From a virus (taxonomy: Duplodnaviria > Caudoviricetes): a stretch of 39,234 bases of DNA. The stretch lies in the IMG/VR virus record IMGVR_UViG_3300018420_001673, positions 1-39,234 of that record; one strand, 5' to 3'. Under the pieces are notes generated by a model that saw only the letters and a program-made list of their open reading frames with translations, was not told where the DNA came from and made no database searches. Each line of letters starts with the position of its first letter. The stretch's first letter is position 1. The position numbers and the translations under genes were made by a program. Of this stretch, positions 1 through 11,700 are shown one piece after another.

Positions 1-692
1 AAGCAGAAGCTAAGGCTAAAGCAGAGGCAGAAGCTAAGGCTAAGGCTGAAGCAGAAGCTAAGGCTAAGGCTGAAGCAGAAGCTAAGGCTAAAGCAGAGGC
101 AGAGGCTAAAGCTAAGGCTGAAGCAGAGGCTAAGGCTAAAAAGGCTGCTGAAGAAGCAGCTAAAGCTAAAGCAGAGGCTGAGGCTGCGGCTAAAAAGGCT
201 GCTGAAGAAGCAGCTAAAGCTAAAGCAGAGGCTGAGGCTGCGGCTAAAAAGGCTGCTGAAGAGAAAGAAATAGCGGCGGCGGCTAAAGCTAAAAAGGCTG
301 CTGAAGAAGCTGCTGCTAAGGCTAAAGCGGCAGAGGAGGCCGAGGCTAAGGCCAAGGCTGAAGCTAAGGCTAAAGCAGAGGCAGAAGCTAAGGCTAAGGC
401 TGAAGCAGAAGCTAAGGCTAAGGCTAAGGCTGAAGCAGAAGCTAAGGCTAAGGCTAAGGCTAAAGCAGAGGCAGAAGCTAAGGCCAAGGCTGAAGCAGAA
501 GCTAAGGCTAAGGCTGAAGAAGAGGCTAAGGCTAAAGCAGGGGCAGAAGCTAAGGCTAAGGCTGAAGAAGAGGCTAAGGCTAAGGCTGAAGAAGAGGCTA
601 AGGCTAAAGCAGAGGCAGAAGCTAAGGCTAAGGCTGAAGAAGAGGCTAAGGCTAAAGCAGAGGCTAAGGCTAAGGCTGAAGAAGAGGCTAAA
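1..692 (+). repeat. Imperfect tandem coding repeat (GCTAAG/GCTGAA/GCAGAG units) encoding about 230 aa of Ala-Glu-Lys repeats
   Basis: Directly visible; translates to AEAKAKAEAEAKAK and KKAAEEAAKAK. Confidence 0.95.
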
Positions 693-2228
693 ACAGGCAC
701 CCCTACAGTAACTACTTCAGATGGAACTGATGCGCCTACTACGGAAGTTGAATACGGAGAGCCAGACGAAAAGATAGAAGTCACTACTGAGGTCGAGCCG
801 GTTGAAAAGCCCGAAGACCCACCGTTAGACATAGAAAAGCCTGTTGTAGAAAAACCTGTAGAAAAACCTGTAGAAAAGCCCGTAGAGACCCCGACTGACG
901 CTGGCGGTGGCGGCGGTGGCGGCGGTGGTGGAGGTGGCGGTGCTGGTTCAGGCGCTGGTGCTGGACAGGGTGGAGATACAGGTGCTGACGCTGCAGTAGG
1001 CACCACTACATCTGGAGAAACAGAAACAACAGAAACAACAGAAACTCCAGCAGAAACCCCTGATATAGGTTTAGGGGCAAGTAGACCTATAGATGGTAAG
1101 TGGAGACGAAACCCCGAAGACCCTAACGAATGGATACACATAGCTACAGGGACTAGATTTGAAGAAGGCCAAGGTGGAAAGTGGCGTAATAAAGGCACTG
1201 GCGAAGTAGTAGAAGAGTTCACTGAACCTACAGAAAGCACAGATGAAGATAAAGAATCTATAGAGGTTACTGGGGCAGGAACTGGGCTAGGTGGAGGAGA
1301 AGACACTCCTAGTTCTACAGATACTGCAACCGCGCCCTCTGGAACAACAGGTGGTACTGAGTTAGGAACGTCTGATTCTGATACAACTGGGGTTAGCTCT
1401 ACAACTACAACCACCACAGGCACCGACGCTACATCTACAGCTACTACATCTACAGGCACTGCAGGAGCAGCCGACACTACAGACACTACTACAGGCGGTG
1501 CAGGCACGGGCGATGATTTAGGTACAAGCGATACTGATTCAGACCAAGACCAAGCGGGAGCGGGAACAGATGGAACAGGCACTGGCACAACTGGGCCTAC
1601 AGGTGGCACAGGCTCTGGCGATGCAGACACAACAGGCGCAGGTACAGGCACAACTGGGCCAACGGACTCTTCTGGTGGAGGAGACTCAGGCACAACAGGT
1701 GCAGGTACAGGCGATACAGGAGACCCCGGCGGTGCAGGTAGCGGTACAGGTGTAGGTACGGGTACGGGCGGTGGCACTGGTGCAGGCACTGGGGGTGGTG
1801 ATGGTATTGGCACGGGGACAGGCACGGGTACAGGCACAGGCAGTGGTACAGGTGGTGGCGACGGTAGTGGTACCGGGACAGGTACAGGATCAGGAGAAGG
1901 GCCGGGAACAGGTAGCGGTACAGGCGACGGTCAGGGGTCAGGTAGAGGCACCGGCATAGGCGACCAGATATTCGCAGCCCTCATGCAGCCACAACAAGTT
2001 CAAGTAAAATCAGGCCCTGTTGCAGATATAGGTACGCCTTATGATTTCAGCAGCATATTTGCAAGTAAAGAGCAAGCTGATAAATTTATTACACCTTATG
2101 GCGTGCGCAAAGCTGCTACAGGTGGCGTGATACGCTCAGACACTGATACTATAATGAAGCAGTTAGAACGTAAGAAAAAACCTACTGATACAATGGAAGA
2201 TTTGTTTCGTATCATTGGAGGAAAATAA
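3..2228 (+). CDS. 5'-truncated low-complexity virion/ejection-type protein (>=741 aa): AEAKAK helical repeats, VEKP repeats, poly-Gly, Thr/Gly-rich tract, short conserved C-terminus
   Basis: Manual translation of the frame starting at nt 3 has no stop until 2228. The track's 81-aa ORF (1983..2228) is only its C-terminus. The stop overlaps the next ATG (TAATG). Confidence 0.85.
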   Translation, partial: AEAKAKAEAEAKAKAEAEAKAKAEAEAKAKAEAEAKAKAEAEAKAKKAAEEAAKAKAEAEAAAKKAAEEAAKAKAEAEAAAKKAAEEKEIAAAAKAKKAAEEAAAKAKAAEEAEAKAKAEAKAKAEAEAKAKAEAEAKAKAKAEAEAKAKAKAKAEAEAKAKAEAEAKAKAEEEAKAKAGAEAKAKAEEEAKAKAEEEAKAKAEAEAKAKAEEEAKAKAEAKAKAEEEAKTGTPTVTTSDGTDAPTTEVEYGEPDEKIEVTTEVEPVEKPEDPPLDIEKPVVEKPVEKPVEKPVETPTDAGGGGGGGGGGGGGAGSGAGAGQGGDTGADAAVGTTTSGETETTETTETPAETPDIGLGASRPIDGKWRRNPEDPNEWIHIATGTRFEEGQGGKWRNKGTGEVVEEFTEPTESTDEDKESIEVTGAGTGLGGGEDTPSSTDTATAPSGTTGGTELGTSDSDTTGVSSTTTTTTGTDATSTATTSTGTAGAADTTDTTTGGAGTGDDLGTSDTDSDQDQAGAGTDGTGTGTTGPTGGTGSGDADTTGAGTGTTGPTDSSGGGDSGTTGAGTGDTGDPGGAGSGTGVGTGTGGGTGAGTGGGDGIGTGTGTGTGTGSGTGGGDGSGTGTGTGSGEGPGTGSGTGDGQGSGRGTGIGDQIFAALMQPQQVQVKSGPVADIGTPYDFSSIFASKEQADKFITPYGVRKAATGGVIRSDTDTIMKQLERKKKPTDTMEDLFRIIGGK
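1272..1962 (+). repeat. Gly/Thr/Ser/Asp-rich coding low-complexity tract (GTGTG repeats)
   Basis: Repeated GGN-ACN codon pairs in the frame of the first CDS. Confidence 0.85.
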
Positions 2229-2986
2229 TGGGCTGGTTTGATGAGTTCATAAACGAGCAGGTAGAAGATGCTGCTGATTTTTTCACGGATGATATGCTTG
2301 GGTATCTTACAGGCACCGATGGTGGTGGCGCTGCAAGCACGCTACTTGGTTTAGGTCTTGGGTATCTTGCAGATAAATCTGGCATAGGTGACCCTAAAAT
2401 ACCCGTAGTGGGGTATCAGGGTAGTATTCCTGAGTACACTGCAGTGCGTGAGCGTGTGCCTATGCAGGAAGACCCTAATAGAAGACCCGGATCAGCAGGG
2501 CGCAGGTACTTCTCTGACACCATATTTGCACAAAAGCCCGAAACAGAACCTATGACCGTGGAGCAAGCTCGCGCACAGGCAGCGGCACAAGCTCAAGGTA
2601 TAGCCGCTGGACAACCTCCAACCGCTGCACCAAAAGAAAAAGAATACGATCCTGACGCGGAAGAAGTTGGTATGGCGGGGCCAGATCGAATATATGCAAA
2701 AGGAGGTATAGCAAACCTCTCACAAGGTAGATACTTAGGCGGCACCACAGACGGACAGGCTGACAAAGTGCCTGCTAGGATAGATAACGGGCAAGAAGCT
2801 AGGCTTAGTGATGGTGAGTTTGTACTACCCGCAGACCTAGTGGCTCTTCTAGGCAATGGTAACTCTAATGCAGGTGCTAGAAAGCTGCATGAGTTTATGG
2901 ACAGAGTGCGTAAACAAGGCACAGGCAAAGAAACACAACAGAAGAACATAGATGCAGATAAAGAGCTATCTATGCTTCTAAGGTAG
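2228..2986 (+). CDS. Putative internal virion protein with YAKGG and DG..D.VPA...ARLSDGEFV motif
   Basis: 252-aa ORF, translationally coupled to the previous gene. The C-terminal motif resembles the GG...D.IPA.LS.GE.V motif I recognise from phage virion and tape-measure proteins. It has an N-terminal hydrophobic Gly/Leu segment. Confidence 0.65.
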   Translation: MGWFDEFINEQVEDAADFFTDDMLGYLTGTDGGGAASTLLGLGLGYLADKSGIGDPKIPVVGYQGSIPEYTAVRERVPMQEDPNRRPGSAGRRYFSDTIFAQKPETEPMTVEQARAQAAAQAQGIAAGQPPTAAPKEKEYDPDAEEVGMAGPDRIYAKGGIANLSQGRYLGGTTDGQADKVPARIDNGQEARLSDGEFVLPADLVALLGNGNSNAGARKLHEFMDRVRKQGTGKETQQKNIDADKELSMLLR

Positions 2987-2994
2987 GAGGCACT

Positions 2995-3999
2995 ATGTCA
3001 AACGGGACTGGTGATGGTACTGGTGGAAACGCCGGAACAGGTGACTACACAAACTTTACGCCTAAACAAACAGGCACTGAATCCGCACTTTCCACGTATG
3101 CTGGCCCCTATGTCACTGATATGTTGGGTAGAGGGCGAGCGCTTGCCGACCAAGGCTACCAAGCCTACACAGGGCCGTTAACTGCAGGGCAGTCTGGGTT
3201 ACAAGACACAGCGTTTCAGGGCATAGCTAACTTAACTGTACCTACTACAAGTATGGGTGCGTTTAACCCCGGAACTTTTGCTGCGTCTGGCGCTCCTACA
3301 ATGCCCACAGAAGGCGGCGATGCCCCTGCCGCTACAGGTGTAGTGGGGGAGTATATGAACCCATACCTGTCCGCAGTGCTAAACCCACAATTAGAAGAAG
3401 CACGTAGGCAAGCAGAAATAAGTAGGCAAGCAGAATCGGGTAGGTTTACTCGGGCCGGTGCTTTTGGTGGCTCTCGTCAGGCTCTTGCTGATTTAGAGCG
3501 AGATAACATACTACAGAGAAATTTAGCTGATATAACAGGTAAAGGGTATGCGTCAGCGTTTGATGCCGCCCGCCAACAATTTAATACAGAGCAGCAACGA
3601 CAGCAAACAGCGCAGGATGCTGCTAATCGCTATGGTCTTGATGCACTTGCAGCACAAGCTAGAGCGGGTGAAATGCAGCGGGGTATAGAGGCAGAGGGCA
3701 TTGCCGCTGATCTAGCACAGTTTGAGGAAGAGCGAGACTTCCCATATAAGAACGTGCAATTTATGCAGTCGTTACTTAGTGGGCTACCCTTACAAACACA
3801 GTCTTATAGTTACTCACAGCCTAGTCCACTAAGTAACATAATTAGTGGTGGCGGAATAGCAGACGTAATAGCAGCACTATTTGGTGGGGCTAGTGGGTCT
3901 CGTGGGCCTAGCGGAGAGAAAGTTAACCCAGTATCTGATGAGGGCGTAGACTTAGATAATGATGCCTCTCTTCCATATGATGACCCAACTATAGTTTAG
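2995..3999 (+). CDS. Putative DNA-transfer/ejection (internal virion) protein
   Basis: 334 aa, AGGAGG RBS, Gln/Ala-rich with YMNPY and GAFGGSRQA motifs and a C-terminal Gly-rich hydrophobic segment; lies just upstream of the large virion proteins. Confidence 0.65.
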   Translation: MSNGTGDGTGGNAGTGDYTNFTPKQTGTESALSTYAGPYVTDMLGRGRALADQGYQAYTGPLTAGQSGLQDTAFQGIANLTVPTTSMGAFNPGTFAASGAPTMPTEGGDAPAATGVVGEYMNPYLSAVLNPQLEEARRQAEISRQAESGRFTRAGAFGGSRQALADLERDNILQRNLADITGKGYASAFDAARQQFNTEQQRQQTAQDAANRYGLDALAAQARAGEMQRGIEAEGIAADLAQFEEERDFPYKNVQFMQSLLSGLPLQTQSYSYSQPSPLSNIISGGGIADVIAALFGGASGSRGPSGEKVNPVSDEGVDLDNDASLPYDDPTIV

Positions 4000-4021
4000 T
4001 CGGCTTGCACGGAGATACCTA

Positions 4022-5734
4022 ATGATTCCAATGGATAGAGAAGTCGATGAGCTTGCCGAGGTATACAGCCCACAGCAGCTACAGCAAAAATATAAAGTTA
4101 CACAAGAACTTATGTACCTGCTTGCTTTGCAGAAAGTTCAGTCAGATATGAAGGCTGCGCAAAACCAACTGGCTATGAGCCAACAGCAGCAGCCCGGAAC
4201 CATAAAAGAACAGATGGAAGGTCAAGTCTTCCAAGAAAAACTACGCCAAGTATCTGGCACCATAGCTCAACAAGAGGCCCAAAGAAGGCAGCAACAACCA
4301 CAACAACCACGACCACAACAACGCATGATGGCTAGCGGTGGTATTGTTGGGTTTACTAAGGGCGGTGAGGTCACTGACGAACAACTGCAACGATATGGCT
4401 ACACTAGGGAGCAGTTTAATTTACTGCCCGACGACCAAAAAACAGATTTGCTCAATAGAATTGCACTTAGAGGTAGGTTAACGCGCCCGCTCAAAGCTGT
4501 AGGTGAAGCCGCTAGTGGTATAGCTTCTGGCATAGGTGCTATAGGATCAGCAATTACTGGGGTACAAAAAGAAGAAGAGCAAGCAGCCCCAACAAGCGTT
4601 GCACCTTCCCAATCGTATGAAGAACGTCTTGAGTCTTATAAGGATAAACTCCCCGGTGGGGTAGAAAAGAAGCCCCCCGTAGACCCTGCAGATTTAGATG
4701 CTGCAAAGACCGCGCAGGCTAAAAGAGTTCAGCAAAATATGCAGAGTTACGAGGCACAGAGAGGTAGTGGTATAGGGGGAGGTGCAGCCCCTACAAAAAC
4801 AAGCCCATATACAAAACCTGATTCTGTAATAGAACTCTTGCCGGAAGGACTTAAGGATAGTTTAACGAGTGCAGCGGGCATGGGGCCAGAGGGTATAGCC
4901 GCCGCTGCAGAAGAGGCAAGACGTAGGGCCGAGGACGTTGCCGGTAGGGAGGGTAAAGCCAAACAATTTGAGCGCATGCGTCAAGAACAAGAAACGCTAT
5001 ATGACGAGCTACAAGACCCCGATAAACAACGAGCACAGATGCGTCGTAATATCTTTGCAGCGTTTGGTCGTGGGGGCAATTCTTTTGGTCAATTGATGGG
5101 TAATGCTCTAACCGCTATAAGTAAAACTGAAGCGGGACAAGATCAACTTAAACAACTAGCCCTATCCAAGAAGCAAGGCGTTGATACGCTCGCAATGGAA
5201 GTAGATGTAAAAATAGCAGACCAGACAAACCGATCTATAGACGCTGCTATAAACGCTGCTAGGGCAGATAAACGGCAAGCGATGGACACGCTATCTAATT
5301 TAACAGCCGAAGATTTGCGACAAAGTAGGCAGTTTTTACGTGACCAATTTGACTTTGAAGACAGGAATGCACAAAGGGCACTTCAACGAGCAGATTTAGT
5401 TAGTAGGAATGCAGATAGAGAAATTACAAGAGATATGACAAATCTCAGGTACATAATCAACTCTATTAACGAAATAAGAGGTACTAGGAAAGAAGCGCTC
5501 GTAGAGATACTTAGTACAAACCAAAGATACCTGCAATTAAAGATAGCGGAACGGCAAGGTAAGTTAGACGAAGAAGAGGCAGAAGAACTAAATCAACTTA
5601 AGAAAGCCGTGGAATTGTACATATATGAAGAGCTACAGGTGAGTGACGAGGTATTAAATCGTTTGATTGAACAAGCCGAGTCCTTGCAGGAAAAACAGTA
5701 CGTCACTCCTGACGAAATAGAAGTTGTCCGTTAA
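4022..5734 (+). CDS. Putative internal virion protein, coiled-coil/Gln-rich, with tandem MASGG-FTKGG motif
   Basis: 570-aa ORF, GGAG RBS, helical composition, located between ejection-type genes. Confidence 0.6.
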   Translation: MIPMDREVDELAEVYSPQQLQQKYKVTQELMYLLALQKVQSDMKAAQNQLAMSQQQQPGTIKEQMEGQVFQEKLRQVSGTIAQQEAQRRQQQPQQPRPQQRMMASGGIVGFTKGGEVTDEQLQRYGYTREQFNLLPDDQKTDLLNRIALRGRLTRPLKAVGEAASGIASGIGAIGSAITGVQKEEEQAAPTSVAPSQSYEERLESYKDKLPGGVEKKPPVDPADLDAAKTAQAKRVQQNMQSYEAQRGSGIGGGAAPTKTSPYTKPDSVIELLPEGLKDSLTSAAGMGPEGIAAAAEEARRRAEDVAGREGKAKQFERMRQEQETLYDELQDPDKQRAQMRRNIFAAFGRGGNSFGQLMGNALTAISKTEAGQDQLKQLALSKKQGVDTLAMEVDVKIADQTNRSIDAAINAARADKRQAMDTLSNLTAEDLRQSRQFLRDQFDFEDRNAQRALQRADLVSRNADREITRDMTNLRYIINSINEIRGTRKEALVEILSTNQRYLQLKIAERQGKLDEEEAEELNQLKKAVELYIYEELQVSDEVLNRLIEQAESLQEKQYVTPDEIEVVR

Positions 5735-5740
5735 CGCCTC

Positions 5741-8700
5741 ATGCGTTCATACAATATACTACTGGCAGACGGCACTAGCGAGACAGTACAAGCCCCTGAA
5801 AATGCCACTAAGGAACAGCTAGCCGAAGCAATAAATAGGCAGCGAGATGTTTCTTTTAGGTACAGCACCTCTCGTAAAGATAGGGTAGCCGAACGCGAAG
5901 CTAAGCTGGATCAACTAAGAGCAGAACTATCTAAAGCTAGAGAAAGGTCTAGCGAAGCACAGAGGGGTAGCTTTTCTCGCGGCTTAGACATCGGTACTGA
6001 CCTTATAGCACAAGCTACTGGCTCTGGTTTAGAGGGTATAGGTAGCATCCTTGGGCTAGAAGGGCTTGAAGAATATGGCGCTGAAGTAGCCCTTGAGAAC
6101 GAGGCTGATATACAGCGTAAATCTCGTTATCAAACCAAGTTTGACGACATTGAAGGCGCAGGAGATTTCTTCTCCTATCTTGGCGGTGTTGCTGCTGAGA
6201 GCGCCCCTGCCACGGCTGCTGGCATTGCTGGCGGTATTGCCGCTGCCGCTGCCGCCCCTGTTTTAGGTGTAGGTGCTGTTGTTGCCGGTATTGCTGGTGC
6301 CACCCTTGCAAACTTACCGTTCTTCTACGGTATGAACCGCGAACGGCAAAAAGAAGCCATAGACCAAGGGTTTAGAACTGAGATAAGTGAAGGCGCTGCT
6401 TTCCTTACTGCACTGCCCCAAGCGCTGTTAGACGGTATTGTTGACCGCTTGTTAGTGGGCGGTGCTTCTAAGTTAGGTATTACAGAAAAAGCACTGACCG
6501 GCGGCGGTATATTTACTAGAAGCACGAAGGGCGCAGGCTTAGGCGCAGTCGTAGAGGCACCCACAGAGATAGGTCAACAGATACTGGAGCGTGCCCAAGC
6601 GGGTCTACCTTTAGATAATGAAGAAGCGCTTGCCGAATATAGAGAGGCAGGCATAGCAGGCGGCTTGTTGGGTGGTGCTATCAGAGGCACCACAAGCGCT
6701 GCTGGTATTGGTGTTGATACAACGCCAGCGCCAACTACCACGCCCACCCCTGACCCCGATGTAGGTGTAGAGGCTGCAGATGATACAGGCGGTATCGCTA
6801 GTCGTTTCTTAGACCCAGAGTATGTAAGTTCCTTGGAGCTTGAAGGTGCGGATAGGGCTGCTACACAGCTAGCTTTAGAAGAAATACTAGGTAGAGATCC
6901 TACAGCCGTAGAGCCTACAGCCGTAAGACCTGCGGAAACAGAACCTGCAGAACCTACTGTTGTAGAAACTGTAGAAGCAGAACCCACTGTTGCGGAGGCC
7001 ATAGAGCCTACAGAGGAAGAAATTAGCCGAAGGATGGCTGCTGTAACTGATGAAACACTAGCAGCTACCACCGAGACAGAAGCGGCACGCGAAGCTACTG
7101 AAACTGGCGGCGTTCAAGAAGCAGTAATAGAGGCTGCTCCCGAAGTAGAAACAGAAGCGCAGCCCGCACCAGAAAGACCTATAACTGCTGAAGATCTTAA
7201 AAATTTTGGTATTCGTAAAGGTTCAAAGGCAGCGGGGTTTGTAGGTCAAGACTTAAACAACGCAGAAGTAAGAAGTGATTTTAAGGCTGCTGTTGGTAAG
7301 TTGAAGAACAGCTTGGCAATACAAGACAACATAGCTAGGACTCTTGAAAATGAACGACAAGCCCAAGTTACGGAAGTTACAGAAGAGCCAAGTGGAGTCA
7401 GCGTTTCGGGTGATATACAAGGCGCACCAGAGTCAGAAAGAGACACCTATACCACCAGCGTTGTTGAGTCTGGACGAGGAGCAGTGGGAGATGTTGACGA
7501 TAGCGCTGGACGACCTGTTACTGGAACTGGAAGAAGCGACCCTGCACTAATCCCAGCAAGTAAAATAGAAATGCTTGAGGGTATGGGCTTTAAGATTAAC
7601 GGCAGGAAGGGTAAGAAAAAGAAGCAAGAGCCAAAGCCTCAACAGGTAGCTGGTGTAGAAGTACCCACAGTAACAGAACTACCTAACAACGAACTTGAAT
7701 TTAAGTTTGGCGACACAGGGCCGGTATTTAGAGGTAAGCAAAAAGAAGGTGTCATAGATATAGAAGGCGCACCAGAAATTACAGCGTTTTCTAAGAACGA
7801 AGCGGTAAGAAAGCTACAGGCAAAAGTAGCGGGCACTGGGTTAGAAGCACAAGCAGGTAGAGCCTTAGCAGGACAAACAGAACTACCCGCAGTGGAGACT
7901 GAAGAGGCCGTAACTCCTACAAAAGATGTAGTCGAAGGCGTATCAACCAAAAGAGAAGTAGCGCTATCTAAAGAAGATACAGGTGGAGAAGCCGTATTAA
8001 GCCGTAAAGAACTGATGCAAGAAGCTAGGGCTATGGGGCTGTCCACTGCAGAGGCTAGGGAATACACAGATGCAGTGTTAGCTGGTATAGAAGGGTCAAA
8101 CCTAGATGTTGGCGAACTATACCTACTGGGCAGGGGTGTAAAAGGTCTGGACGCACCGCTACCGAACAATGCCGTCACTGCATTACAGGCCGGTGACATA
8201 AAAAGCGCTTTGGAAGCTGTTGCAAAGAGCACATCTAACAAGAACATCCGACAGATTGCTAGAAAGCTAATACCTTTGGTGGGCACCACTAGGGTCAGGT
8301 TTGCGAGGTTACAAGAAAACTTACCGGAAAACGCTTCTGAGGTAGATAAGTTTCTGTCCAGAAGAATTAGTGAGTTAGTAGGGGGTGAACCTATATATGG
8401 GCAATACTACCCCAGTACGGAAAGCATACTTACACAACTACCCCCTGATGCCACTATAGAACAGACTAGAAGGCTATCACTGCTTGTTGACGAGGTAGAA
8501 AACACCGTAGTCTTAAACCAAGACACTACAGAAGGTATGTCTGTAGCTACGCTTCTACATGAAATGACGCACGCTGCCACAATAAACACACTGGCAAAAC
8601 CGGCACACCCAGTAACGGCGCAGTTACAAACCATATACGACAGCGTAAAAGAGCAGCTACAGGGGCTGTATGGTTCAGAAAGCCTAGAAGAGTTTGTAGC

Positions 8701-11700
8701 AGAAGCGTTTAGTAACCCTATGTTCCAGCAGAGGCTCGCTAGGATAAACATAAAAGGCGAGCAGATAAGTGCCTTTGACCGATTCAAGAACGCTATACGC
8801 AAGCTATTTAGGGTTCCTAAAAAGAAAGATACTAAGCCTGTATCTAAAGAAGTTAACGCTCTTATAGAACAGATATTAGCGCCTGCTCCACAATATAGAG
8901 GGTTGGGCACAATATCTAATAGCTCTTCGCCTAGAGAGGTGGCTGCTATAGGTGAGGCTTTGAAGAACCGCACTGCGGGCGCGTTTAGTAAGACGAGTAG
9001 AAAAGTCTTAGCAAACAGAATAAAAGGTATATTTTCTGGCCCCCAAAACCCTGCTTCTGTAACAGCCAAGAGGGTAGTAGGTGGATTCTTACCGAACAGT
9101 AGTATTGGAGATTGGGCGGATTCACTAGGGTTAGACGGTGCTACAGACGTACTTGAAGCTATAGAAAATCAACGTGGCGATCTTAGTAGGTCAGAGCAAG
9201 TCACACGAAGGAAACTGCTGCCCATACTGCAGTGGGGCAACAAAGCCACTAAAGAGATAAGAGACAGATTTAACGACATCGTATACATCAGCACCATAGA
9301 GGGAGTAGATCCGTCAAAGGATTTGTCTGCTTATACAGGTAAAAAGCTAACCATCTATAAAGAGCTTAGAAAAGAGTTTAATAAGTTAGGCCCAGATGGA
9401 CGAAGGGCGTACACCAACCTGCGTGACTTCTACAAGTATCAATACGACCAACTGTTAAAAGCGCTAGAGGGCAGGATAGACGAGCTAGAAGCACCTCAAG
9501 AAGTTAAAACTAATCTTAAGAACGAACTGCTCGGCCAACTATTACGGCAAGCAAAAGAAGATCCATACTTCCCTCTGACTCGTAAAGGCACGTATTTCTT
9601 AGCTGTTAAAGACCCCAAAGCACAGGGTAACTCTGCCGTGTTTTCGTTTGAGAACAATGGCGACAGGAACATGGCTATAGATGAGTTCACAGAGATGGGG
9701 ATGGACGTTGAGATCTTTGACCCTAATGACTCAACCATGTATACGGGGGACTCGGTGCCTCCAGCGTTTGTCGCTAACGTCCTGCGGACACTAGACGCGC
9801 AAGTCGGTGCATTAGATCCGAACCAGAAAATAGGGTACGAAGCAGCAAGAGAGCAGATAACTAAGTTATTTATACAATCGCTGCCAGAATCTTCTTTTGC
9901 GAAGGGGCTGCAGAAACGTAAGAAAACGGAAGGCTACGACAAAGATGCATTAGAAGCCGCTAGAACAAAAGGTTATGACCTAGCTAGACAGGCTTCACGC
10001 ATAAAGAACAGCGCTATAATTCAGTCCAAACTAACGTCGTTTTTAGAGAAAAGTAAAGGTGGGGACACAGAAGTAGTTAGAGAAATACGCGAACGAGCTA
10101 AGTTTGCGATGAACCCACCCAAAGACAACTTTGCAAAAAACTTAAACCGCATGGCGTTTTTGTGGACTATCGGTTTCAATGCCTCCTCTGCCTTGGTCAA
10201 CTTATCTCAAATACCACTCTTTGCTTACCCAATGCTCGCTGGTAAGTATGGTTATGCCAACACAAGCGCAGCTATAAAAGATGCGGGTAAGTTGTTTGTA
10301 GGTACACCCCTAAACCAAACACAAGAAACTTTGTTTGGCGGCACTCGTAACGCTAGATCAATAAGAGAAGCGCTGAAGGGCAGAGATAAACTTAAAAATG
10401 TTATGGAAGCTACGCAGGATAAAGCGCAGCCTTCATTGGAGAACTACTACACAGTTACAGAGTCTGACGGTCAACTTACATACACGGTGCGAGAAGACCT
10501 AGACCTTCCGCAAGAGATGAGGACAGAGCTTGAAAACTTGGTGCCTCTAGTTCGGTTAGCTGCTAGACGTGGGCAGTTAGGTTCTTCTTTTATAGCGGAA
10601 ACACTTAGCGTAGATACTTCTGGAAGAGACATAAGTAGAGCCGATTTTATAACTAATATGTCTGCCTTGATGTTCCACACCGCAGAAGTTATGAACCGCC
10701 AAACTACATTGGTAGCAGCGTACAAACTTGCTTTGGACAAGGCTACAAAAGGTAAAGATCTTACAGAATCTCAATTAAGAGAAGCAGAACAGAAAGCCGC
10801 TGCAGACGCAGTGTATGAGACTCAACAGATAAACGGTGGTGCTAACCTAGAAACTGGGCCAAGGTTTGCACGTTCTGGTATTGGTCGCGTGGCTCTCATG
10901 TATAAGAACTACGGCATCACCATGTATTACAAGATGCTGAAGACTGCATGGGAAGGTACAAAAGCAGCTTACGGTGGAGACACAGAGGCAGCTAAAGTGG
11001 CATTTAAGCAGTTGGCAGGGGTGCATATGTCCGCACTGTTGCTAGCAGGAGTGCAGGGATTACCGTTGTACGGCGCAGCCACGATGATATACGACATGTT
11101 GGTAGGTGATGAGTCAGAAGAAGACTTTGAGACGTTTGTACGGCGATCTTTAGATAACGAGATGTTATACAAGGGAGTTCTGTCAGAAGTAACTGGGCTG
11201 GATGTATCTAAGCGTGTTGCGTTAACTAACTTGCTGTTTGAAGCAGACCGATTTAACTCTAACCCATCACCCGAAGAGTCGTTTATGCACTTCTTTGGTG
11301 GCCCAGCGTGGAGTGTAGGCTCTAAGGCTTGGGAGAGTTTTGAAGATCTATGGCGCGGAGAAGATATGGAGCGAGCGTTTGAGGGTATGGCACCGGGAGC
11401 CGTGCGTAACGCCTACCGTGCTCTGCGCAGGTATCCCAGAGATGAAGGCATCCTCACTCGTAGAGGTGACCCCATGTACGACGATATAACCGGCGGACAG
11501 TTGTTCGCGCAGTTGCTTGGGTTCCCGCCTACGGAATATATGAACAACATGGAGGAGTCCTCTAAAGCCAAGCGTATGAATGACGCCGCTGCGAATAAGC
11601 GAAGAAGGTTGTTAAAGAGGTACTACGTAGCAATGCGGTTTGGCGATTTTATAGAGGCGAACAATATACGGCTAGAGATGGCTGAATTTAGTGGCTCTAG

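Noticed and set aside
1-692. Host tolA gene
   Set aside because: The similarity is compositional only. There is no TolA C-terminal domain and no tolQRB context, and the ORF continues into phage virion genes.
1570-1959. Two short Gln/Val/Ala-rich ORFs in the track
   Set aside because: They are off-frame readings of the Gly/Thr repeats in the long CDS 3..2228.
7601-7625. NLS-like GRKGKKKK patch
   Set aside because: Bacteriophage context; most likely a basic linker.
6015-11172. Long antisense ORFs (up to 220 aa) opposite the polyvalent gene, and similar ones opposite primase, PolA, terL and portal
   Set aside because: Ser/Ala-rich shadow frames typical of codon bias, with no RBS or motifs.
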